The translations under genes and the position numbers were made by a program. Shown one piece after another: positions 18,577-26,056 of a DNA stretch of 64,000 bases (position 1 is the first letter of the stretch; each line of letters starts with the position of its first letter). The notes below the pieces were generated by a model. The model searched no databases and was not told the DNA's origin. It saw only the letters and a program-made list of their open reading frames with translations. Origin of the DNA: Candidatus Binatia bacterium. Lineage in GTDB: Bacteria; Desulfobacterota; Binatia; HRBIN30. The stretch spans positions 64,001-128,000 of the forward strand of contig JBBRSP010000008.1 of the NCBI GenBank assembly GCA_038245295.1. Reading direction: 5' to 3'.

Positions 18577-20421
18577 ATGTTGGTGGCGCCTTTCGCGCTC
18601 GTGTTCGGAATGCCGATCGGCGGGGCACTGGCGATGCCACGGCGTCTGGCCCAAGCGCGGCTGGCTGGCGTTCCAGCGTCAAACGCAACGGCACACGTTA
18701 CCATCACTCTAGGCCTGCGTCGGCAAGCGGAACTGCGCCAGTTGCTGGCGGCGCAGCAAGACCCGGCAAGTCCCTTGTATCACCAATGGCTGTCGCCCGA
18801 GGCGTTCGCCGATCGCTTCGCCCCGAGCCTGGCGGAGTATGAAAACGTCGCCGGATGGCTGAGCTCCTCAGGCGTCGAGGTGCGACGCTTCGCCAATCGG
18901 CTACGGCTGGATGTCTTCGGTGATGTTGCGACGGTCGAGACGCTGCTGCAGGTGCGGATGCAGCACTTTGCACTGGGCGATCGAATGGTTATGGCATCGC
19001 CCGACACTCCGACGCTTCCATCGACCATGACGGGGTTGATCGAACATGTGAGACTCGACAATGCACCGTTGGCGCGCCCGATCGTACGGGTCAACACGAC
19101 GATCGGGTCACTCAATGTCCTCGGGCCGGCCGATCTCTACCTCGCCTACAACATGACTCCGCTCCTAGCCGCCGGCACGGATGGCAGCGGCCAGAAAATA
19201 GCCATCGTGGCGCGTGCCGATTTCAAGATCGCCGACGTGAATCGCTTCCGACAACAGTTCGGCCTCACGGCGGTCCCGCCGGTGAAAGTGTTTCCCGGCA
19301 CGAATCCCGGAATCGGTGCCATCCGCGGTGTCTGCGCCGACCTCCACGATCCGCGGGCCCAGCAGATCTGCGTCCAGGGCGAGGAGGGCGAGGTGCTTCT
19401 CGATGCACAGTGGGCCGGCGCCGCGGCGCCGGGGGCGGAGGTCCTGGTCGATATTTCTGACTCCGACATTGATGCTTCGCTCGCGGACATCGTGGCTCAC
19501 CACGCCGATGCCAAGTTGATTGGCATGAGTTTCGGTGTTTGCGAGCGTCTGGACGCCGGCGAATCGCAACCCCTGTTCTTCCCACTCTATCTGCAGGCGG
19601 CGGCCCAGGGGCAGACGATCTTTGTCTCCAGTGGTGACGACGGCGCCGACGGATGTCAGGACGGCAAGGCCGCGGGGGTGAGCGTCTTGGCCTCGGACCC
19701 CAATGTTACCTCGGTCGGGGGGACGACGCTCGATCCAGGGTTCGATCCTCAAGGGAATGCGACAGCTTACGTCGGTGAGGGTGTTTGGAACGACAAGTCC
19801 GGTGCTTCGGGTGGTGGCGTCAGCACCGTCGTTGAACGCCCATTCTTCCAGAGCGGTGCCGGCATCGCACCGGGGACAATGCGTCTGCAGCCGGACGTTG
19901 CGCTGGCGGGAAGCCCTGGGGCCCCCGGGTTTGCGCTGATCTTCGAGGGCTCAACGGTGGTGGTCGGGGGCACGAGTGTCGGCACGCCGATCTGGGCCGG
20001 CATGGCAGCATTGTTAGCCCAACACTCGGGCGACTCCGGGCTGGGACCGCTGAATCCGTCCTTGTACAAGTTCGGTCGCAAGCAGCACATCTTTGGCGCG
20101 GCGCCGGTATTTCATGACGTCACGGCCGGCAACAATCGCTTCAATGGGGTGAGTGGCTTCAGTGCGCAACCGGGTTACGACGAAACGACCGGGCTTGGCA
20201 GTCCGGACGTCGCCGCGCTTGCCGGTGCTCTGGTCGAGTGTGCCGGCGACTGCAACGGTGACGCTGCGGTGACTGTCGACGAAATCCTTTTGGCCGTGAA
20301 CATTGCCTTGGAGAACGAGCCGTACCCACGCTGTGGCGCGGCGGATGTTGATGCCGACGGCACAGTCGGCGTCAACGAAATTATCGCCGCCGTGGATCGG
20401 GCGCTGGCTGGTTGCCGTTGA
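18577..20421 (+). CDS. S53 sedolisin/kumamolisin-like peptidase with pro-domain and C-terminal dockerin-like domain
   Basis: DPASPLYHQWLS pro-domain, E-x3-D (EVLLD), SSGDDG, GGTS, GYD..TGLGSP, CAGDCNGDAAVTVDEI. Confidence 0.9.
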   Translation: MLVAPFALVFGMPIGGALAMPRRLAQARLAGVPASNATAHVTITLGLRRQAELRQLLAAQQDPASPLYHQWLSPEAFADRFAPSLAEYENVAGWLSSSGVEVRRFANRLRLDVFGDVATVETLLQVRMQHFALGDRMVMASPDTPTLPSTMTGLIEHVRLDNAPLARPIVRVNTTIGSLNVLGPADLYLAYNMTPLLAAGTDGSGQKIAIVARADFKIADVNRFRQQFGLTAVPPVKVFPGTNPGIGAIRGVCADLHDPRAQQICVQGEEGEVLLDAQWAGAAAPGAEVLVDISDSDIDASLADIVAHHADAKLIGMSFGVCERLDAGESQPLFFPLYLQAAAQGQTIFVSSGDDGADGCQDGKAAGVSVLASDPNVTSVGGTTLDPGFDPQGNATAYVGEGVWNDKSGASGGGVSTVVERPFFQSGAGIAPGTMRLQPDVALAGSPGAPGFALIFEGSTVVVGGTSVGTPIWAGMAALLAQHSGDSGLGPLNPSLYKFGRKQHIFGAAPVFHDVTAGNNRFNGVSGFSAQPGYDETTGLGSPDVAALAGALVECAGDCNGDAAVTVDEILLAVNIALENEPYPRCGAADVDADGTVGVNEIIAAVDRALAGCR

Positions 20422-20460
20422 AGTGGCCACGGTGACGACCTCGGAAAGGTTCAGATCATG

Positions 20461-20832
20461 CTAGCCGACTGAGTTGCGGCGGGTTTTCGAGACATTGGGG
20501 CGACTGCGCGACAGACTAGGGTTACTTTCGCCACGCATACGGTGCAAGGCAAGACGAGTCGCCTCGGCATCGAGCCCGAGCATGTCGCAGACAACAGGGA
20601 ACGAGAAGAGCGCTTCCGAGCGTGCTGTGTTGATCCATAGCTCCGCGTCAGTACGCAGGCGCCCGGCGCCGAAGAGGTAGGTGCGTACCCCTTCCTCGAG
20701 GACCGCCAACATCAGGGCACGCGTGCCGCGGAATTCGCGTCGGTAACTCGGTTCACCGGCGGCCAGCGCCCCGCTGTTGAGGAAAGAAGAATCGAGATCT
20801 TCAAGCTGGAAGGGGAGTGGTTCGTAAGCCAT
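20461..20832 (-). CDS. conserved hypothetical protein (LMLAVL...W...LFSF..VCD.LGL family)
   Basis: Paralogous to the adjacent ORF 20875-21306. Confidence 0.75.
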   Translation of the reverse strand: MAYEPLPFQLEDLDSSFLNSGALAAGEPSYRREFRGTRALMLAVLEEGVRTYLFGAGRLRTDAELWINTARSEALFSFPVVCDMLGLDAEATRLALHRMRGESNPSLSRSRPNVSKTRRNSVG

Positions 20833-20874
20833 GGCGATGGTCCCATTAGTGACCGACCGCGAGCATCCGTTTGG

Positions 20875-21306
20875 CTAGCTGGCCAGCGCGCTGCGTTGGG
20901 CCACCGTCTCGTCCATATCCGCCGCGGCATATCCGCGCGGCAAGATACGGCCCCGGTCGCGCCGCTGGCGAATCCACGATTCTTCCGCCTTGGCAGCGTA
21001 ACGGCGCACTTTCATGGGGCGCTCGCCTGCCGGCCGCTTCAAGACACAGCGCCGGATGTAATCTGCATTCAGCCCGAGGGCGTCACAAACGTTGGCAAAG
21101 GAGAACAATCCGGAGCGCTCCGTCGATTGGAACCAGGCTCGCTCTTTGAGAATCTCGCGGTGCAGTCGCAAATCCGCCGGCGAGCCGATGGCGCGAGCCC
21201 CGACCGCTCGCACCGCGTCGATGAGAACCGCCAGCATTAGGCGCCGTTCGCCATCTTCCGGCAGCGCATCCACGAATTCCATCCCAATACCTCTACGTCG
21301 TGCCAC
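20875..21306 (-). CDS. conserved hypothetical protein, tandem paralog
   Basis: GTG start with GGAGG RBS. ERRLMLAVLIDAV...AWF...LFSFANVCDALGL. Confidence 0.75.
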   Translation of the reverse strand: MARRRGIGMEFVDALPEDGERRLMLAVLIDAVRAVGARAIGSPADLRLHREILKERAWFQSTERSGLFSFANVCDALGLNADYIRRCVLKRPAGERPMKVRRYAAKAEESWIRQRRDRGRILPRGYAAADMDETVAQRSALAS

Positions 21307-21409
21307 TCGGACCTCCCTGCTCTGTGCTTAGAAAGATACAGAGAACAATTTTTTTGCTGCACGGGGAGGCTGGGCAAATGACGCGATTGCTAATTGCTGA
21401 GATAAAATT

Positions 21410-21520
21410 ATTTGGTCATTTGGTCATTTGGCCAGCTGGTCGTTGGCAAAGTAGCAAAATGACCAAACGGCCAAACGGGTCAAATGGCAGATGGCCAAAT
21501 GACCAGCTGGTCCCGTTTGG
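21410..21520. repeat. inverted array of 8-nt units (TGGTCATT / AATGACCA)
   Basis: TTTGGTCATTTGGTCATTTGGCCAGCTGGTC followed by AAATGACCAAACGGCCAAACGG...AAATGACCAGCTGG. Confidence 0.65.
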
Positions 21521-23023
21521 CTATCTTTCGATGAACCCGACCTTGTTCTCCAGATGAGCCAGCAAGGCGTCCGTGTCCGGCGCCCGTCCGGTGGCACGCT
21601 CGATCAACTCCGTGCCGCGGAAGCGTTGTCCGATCCGGTGCACGTTGACGCGCATCCATTCGAGCAGCGGCGCGCAGTCGCCGCGCGATAACTGCGTCTC
21701 GATGTCACCGAGTACGGTCCGTGCCTTCTGCATCAACTGCGCCGCGTAGATGTTGCCCAGCGTGTAGGTGGGGAAGTAGCCGAAGTCGCCGCACGACCAG
21801 TGTACGTCCTGCAGCACCCCGTCGCGGTCGGTGGGCGGTTCGATGCCGAGCGAGCGCTGCATCTTGGCGCGCCACGCCTCGGGGAGATCGACGACGCGCA
21901 ACGTGCCACTGATCAGCTCCAACTCGAGCTCGAAGCGCAGGATAATGTGCAAATTGTAGGTGACTTCATCCGACTCAGTGCGAATGAACGATGGCTTCGC
22001 TTCATTAACCGTATGTGCGACGGCGGCGACCGAGACGTTCTCCAGGGCCGGGAAGAAGCGTCGCGCCAGCGGCAGCAGATATTCCCAAAAGGCGGCCGAC
22101 CGGCCGACCAGATTTTCCCACAGGCGCGACTGCGACTCGTGGATCCCAAGCGAGCAGGATTCGCCGCACGGGGTGCCCCATGCCTGCGCTTCGAGCCCCT
22201 GCTCGTACATGCCGTGGCCGGCCTCATGGATCGTCGAGAAGAGGCCGTACCGCAGGTCGTTGGCGGCGTAACGGGTCGTTAGACGCGAGTCGTCGCCGAT
22301 CGAAGTCGAGAACGGATGTGCCGCTTCATCGAGCCGACCACGGGTGAGATCGAACCCGAGAATCTTCAGCACCTCTCGGTTGAACTGGCGCTGCGCTTCG
22401 ATGGGGAAGTCGCCGCACAGGACCGTCGCCGTCGCCGACGGCCGGGTTGCGCGGATTCGCAGACGCTCCACGAGTGGCACCAGGCCGTCGCGCAGCTGTT
22501 CCAACATCGGCCGCAGCGTCGCTGTTGTCGCACCGGGCTCATAGGCTTCGAGCAATACGTCGTAGGCGAAACGCGACGCGTCGATCCGCTGCGCCATTTC
22601 GCGGGCCAGCTCGACGATGCGAGCTAGATACGGCGCCAGCGCAGCGAAGTCGTTGTCGCGGCGTGCGCTGATCCACACGTTGCGGGCATGTGCATGCAGC
22701 TCGGCGCGCTGTCGAACGAACGGCTCGTCGAGGGCGCGCTGGCGATCCAGCTTCCACTTGGTTTCGCGGATATCGACAGCTTGATCGGCGTTGAACTCTT
22801 CGGGGCGGGTTGCCAGGTCGTCGACGAGATTAAGAAACTCCGGTGCCGTCCTCTCGCGATGCAACGCCGACGACAAGGCGCCGATCTGTCGCACTCGCGA
22901 GTCAATGGCGCCGCTCGGCAGGTAGGTTTCTTGATCCCATTCGAGTAACGCCAGGGCAGCGCCAAGGTTGGCCTGCTGGCGCAACATGTGGACCAGGCGT
23001 TCGTATTTGCTCTCGCTGTTCAT
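21521..23023 (-). CDS. M32 carboxypeptidase (Taq-type)
   Basis: HPF, HEAGH, HESQSR, IRTESD, GVLQDVHW, GYFPTY. Start may be 23044. Confidence 0.95.
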   Translation of the reverse strand: MNSESKYERLVHMLRQQANLGAALALLEWDQETYLPSGAIDSRVRQIGALSSALHRERTAPEFLNLVDDLATRPEEFNADQAVDIRETKWKLDRQRALDEPFVRQRAELHAHARNVWISARRDNDFAALAPYLARIVELAREMAQRIDASRFAYDVLLEAYEPGATTATLRPMLEQLRDGLVPLVERLRIRATRPSATATVLCGDFPIEAQRQFNREVLKILGFDLTRGRLDEAAHPFSTSIGDDSRLTTRYAANDLRYGLFSTIHEAGHGMYEQGLEAQAWGTPCGESCSLGIHESQSRLWENLVGRSAAFWEYLLPLARRFFPALENVSVAAVAHTVNEAKPSFIRTESDEVTYNLHIILRFELELELISGTLRVVDLPEAWRAKMQRSLGIEPPTDRDGVLQDVHWSCGDFGYFPTYTLGNIYAAQLMQKARTVLGDIETQLSRGDCAPLLEWMRVNVHRIGQRFRGTELIERATGRAPDTDALLAHLENKVGFIER

Positions 23024-23033
23024 GGCTGTTGGC

Positions 23034-23549
23034 TCATCCGACATGCGACGTGGCCAGGTGTAGCCCGGCGATGGTCTTGGCGTCATCGATGCGGCCGTCG
23101 CGGATCATTTCCAGAGCCTCGGCAAACGGCACCCAATGAACGCTGAGCACTTCGTCGGCTTCGAGCGCCTGCGACTCCTGGCGCAACTCGCGAGCGAGAA
23201 ACAGATGGATGCGTTCATCGCAGAAGCCGGGCGCCGTCAGGATACTCCCAAGCCGGATGATCTGCGCCGCCACCAAGCCCGTTTCTTCGCGTAGCTCGCG
23301 CCCGGCGCATACCTCCGGTGCCTCGCCGGGATCGAGCTTGCCGGCGGGAAGCTCCCATAGGTAGCCGGCGGCGGCGTGGCGAAACTGGTGGATGAGCGAG
23401 ACGCGGTTGTCGGGGTCGAGGGCGACGACCGCCGCCGCTCCGGGATGGCGAATCATTTCGAGAGACACACGCATGCCGTTCGGCAGAGTGGTTTCTTCGA
23501 GCCGCAAATCGACGATCCGGCCTTTGTAGATCGGTTGCACGCCGTTCAT
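23034..23549 (-). CDS. NUDIX hydrolase, ADP-ribose/ADP-sugar pyrophosphatase (NudF-like)
   Basis: ELPAGKLDPGE....AGRELREETG Nudix box, DAKT. Confidence 0.9.
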   Translation of the reverse strand: MNGVQPIYKGRIVDLRLEETTLPNGMRVSLEMIRHPGAAAVVALDPDNRVSLIHQFRHAAAGYLWELPAGKLDPGEAPEVCAGRELREETGLVAAQIIRLGSILTAPGFCDERIHLFLARELRQESQALEADEVLSVHWVPFAEALEMIRDGRIDDAKTIAGLHLATSHVG

Positions 23550-23558
23550 TTCAACGGC

Positions 23559-24833
23559 TCAGATGACGCTACCGGCGGGCACGACGCCATTCTTCGGGAC
23601 GATGACGATGCCCTCGCGGATGTGGAATCCGGGACCGTCGGCGTTCTCGCTCTCGTCGTGCTTGGCTATCACCACGTGGTCGCCAATACGCGCGTTCTTG
23701 TCGATGATGGCGCGCTCGATGCGGCAGCCGGCGCCAATGCCGATCGGCAGGATCTCGCGTGGCGAGGCGCCGCCGTCGACCTCCGCCTCATAGTAGTCGG
23801 CTCCCATCATGACGACCTCGGAGAGCTGACTGCCGGGGCCGATGACGCTGCGAATGCCGATGATGCTGCGCTCGATCGACTCGGCGTCGATGCGACCGCC
23901 TTCGCAGATGATCGATTGCCGGACATCGGTGCCGCGCAGCCGGGTGCCGGGCAGAAAGCGCGGGTGTGTGTAGATGGGGCGTTTCTGGGCGAATAAGTCG
24001 ATCGGTGGGCCCTCGAGCGCCAGGTCGATGTTGGCGGCAAAGAAGGTTCGAATCGTGCCGATGTCTTCCCAGTAGCCGGTGTAGAAGTGCGAGTGCACGC
24101 GGCGCGAGTGGATGGCGTTGGGGATGACTTCCTTGCCGAAGTCCAGCTGCGCCGGGTCTTCGAGGACGCGCATCAGCACTTCTGGGCGGAATACGTAGAT
24201 GCCCATCGACGCCAGGTAGCGCCGTTCGGGCGGCACGCCGCGCGCACTGCGCATGCGTTCGTCGAGAGCCAGGCGGCGCAGGACTTCGATGTCACGCGGT
24301 TTCTCGACGAAGTCGGCGACCGTGCCGTACGAACCGATCTGCAAAATGCCGAACTGGCTGGCGTCGCGCTCGGTGACCGGAGTGGCGGCAATGGTAATGT
24401 CGGCGCCGCTGTTGTGGTGCGTGTCGAGGATGCCGCGAAAATCCATGTCGTAGAGCTGATCGCCGGAGAGGATGAGGATCGCCTCGGTGCCGGCGCGCAG
24501 GAAGCGATGTAGTTGCTTGCGTACGGCGTCCGCCGTTCCCTGGTACCAGGCCTCACTCGTTTCGGTTTGTTCGGCGGCGAGGATCTCGACAAAGCCGTTG
24601 CTGAAGGCGTCGAAGCGGTAGGTGCGTGACACATGGCGGTTCAAAGACGCCGACTGGAACTGCGACAGCACGAAGATCTGTCGCAATCCAGAATTGATAC
24701 ACGCGCTGATCGGAATATCGACGAGCCGGAACTTGCCGGCCAAGGGCACCGCCGGCTTGCTGCGCGATTGTGTCAAAGGAAACAACCGCGTTCCGCGTCC
24801 CCCACCCAAGATGACGGCGACCACGTTCTCCAC
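23559..24833 (-). CDS. glgC: glucose-1-phosphate adenylyltransferase
   Basis: LGGGRGTRLFPLT..RSKPAVP, GTADAV, FVEKP, ASMGIY, WEDIGT, C-terminal beta-helix. Confidence 0.96.
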   Translation of the reverse strand: MENVVAVILGGGRGTRLFPLTQSRSKPAVPLAGKFRLVDIPISACINSGLRQIFVLSQFQSASLNRHVSRTYRFDAFSNGFVEILAAEQTETSEAWYQGTADAVRKQLHRFLRAGTEAILILSGDQLYDMDFRGILDTHHNSGADITIAATPVTERDASQFGILQIGSYGTVADFVEKPRDIEVLRRLALDERMRSARGVPPERRYLASMGIYVFRPEVLMRVLEDPAQLDFGKEVIPNAIHSRRVHSHFYTGYWEDIGTIRTFFAANIDLALEGPPIDLFAQKRPIYTHPRFLPGTRLRGTDVRQSIICEGGRIDAESIERSIIGIRSVIGPGSQLSEVVMMGADYYEAEVDGGASPREILPIGIGAGCRIERAIIDKNARIGDHVVIAKHDESENADGPGFHIREGIVIVPKNGVVPAGSVI

Positions 24834-24890
24834 GCGGGCACAGTACAAGGAATTGTCACGGCGCTCCAGTGCGGATGGGCCGGAAACGCG

Positions 24891-25757
24891 TCAGTCTTGC
24901 TTGTTCTTGTCGATTTCTTGGTGATCGCGCCGCAACGGATTCGCTTCATCGAAGAGCCAGGGCGGGTAACAGCGGTGAAACACCGGGCCGCGTCGGGCTC
25001 GGACGTAGAGTTGGTCGCCGTAGTTCTGCCGGTAGACGAGCTTCAACGCGGCGTTGATGAGCCGCTGCGAGGCCGGTAACCGCTCGGCCTGCTCAACATG
25101 TACGCATTCGACCACGAAGCCGGTCATGGTCAGCAGGTCGACCACCTCCGGCGCCGTGTACTCGCGGTTGTGGCGCCAGGTTGGGCCGAAGACCACTTCA
25201 TAGGGTTTGTAGACGTTGCGTCCGTGCAGCAGCGCCAGGATGTTTTGCAGATTGGCGACGTTCGGGGTGGTGAGCACCAGCCAACCATTGGGCTTGAGCA
25301 CGCGGTGAATGCTCTCGAGCATACGAATTGGATCGGCGGTGGGATGTTCGAGCACTTCGCAGCACAACGTGCCGTCGAACTGTTGGTCCGTGAAGGGCAG
25401 GGCCTCGTGTTCGATGTCGTACAGGGCACTGTGGAACTGATGCTCTTCTCCGAACGCAGGCAACCGGATGGTCGCATTGCGCTCGCGGTCTCCCGATGCG
25501 TCAAAATCCAGCAGGGTCAGGGCGTAGGGGTGGAACCGCTTCATCAACAAAGTAAAGGTGTAGGGCATGGCGCCGATCTCGAGGCATTGCTGCCCGGCGA
25601 CGCCAGGGGGGACGAGATCGAGTGTGCGCCGGAAGCGTGTCAGGCAGCCACGCACCCAACGTTTGTGGCTCGCCGCCGCCCACGCCGGATGCTCGATGTC
25701 GAGGAGGTAGGGCTCGATCTCGGCGTTGGTCCACGGACCCTCGGGCTTCAACGGCAC
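24891..25757 (-). CDS. class I SAM-dependent methyltransferase
   Basis: CLEIGA, LPFTDQQFD, CEVLEH, VLKPNGWLVLTTPN, HNREYT. GTG start inferred. Confidence 0.85.
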   Translation of the reverse strand: MPLKPEGPWTNAEIEPYLLDIEHPAWAAASHKRWVRGCLTRFRRTLDLVPPGVAGQQCLEIGAMPYTFTLLMKRFHPYALTLLDFDASGDRERNATIRLPAFGEEHQFHSALYDIEHEALPFTDQQFDGTLCCEVLEHPTADPIRMLESIHRVLKPNGWLVLTTPNVANLQNILALLHGRNVYKPYEVVFGPTWRHNREYTAPEVVDLLTMTGFVVECVHVEQAERLPASQRLINAALKLVYRQNYGDQLYVRARRGPVFHRCYPPWLFDEANPLRRDHQEIDKNKQD

Positions 25758-26011
25758 GGGCCGCGCGTAACACGAAGCGTTGTGGCTGCCAATCGATCTG
25801 GCGGTGTCGGGGGGGGGTGGCGCACCCCCCCCCCCCAACCGCCCGCGCGACCCAGTTTGTAAAATCAGGGGCCCCGCGGGCTACAACGGCAGGGGCCGCG
25901 GGTACCACGAAGCGTTGGGGGTGCCAACGGAACTGGCGGTGTCGGGGGCGGTTCGCGACCCCCCCCCGACAATCGTCCGGCGCTAGCAAGTTTGAAATAT
26001 CTGGCGCCAGG
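25742..26011. repeat. degenerate 135-bp tandem duplication, probable assembly artefact
   Basis: 25742-25876 aligns with 25877-26011. The inner halves are enriched in G and C homopolymers. Confidence 0.7.
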
Positions 26012-26056
26012 CTGCTAAGAGGCCGGGGTTCTGCTTTGCCAGGACACGAGCCACAC

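Noticed and set aside
25742..26011. Diversity-generating retroelement TR/VR pair or T-box leader upstream of ileS
   Set aside because: Mismatches are not confined to adenines, there is no reverse transcriptase, and no T-box motif was recognised. An artefact explains it better.
25622..26056. 145-aa N-terminal extension of IleS in the ORF track
   Set aside because: It runs through the suspect duplication and overlaps the divergent gene. The canonical IleS start MDYK is at 26057.
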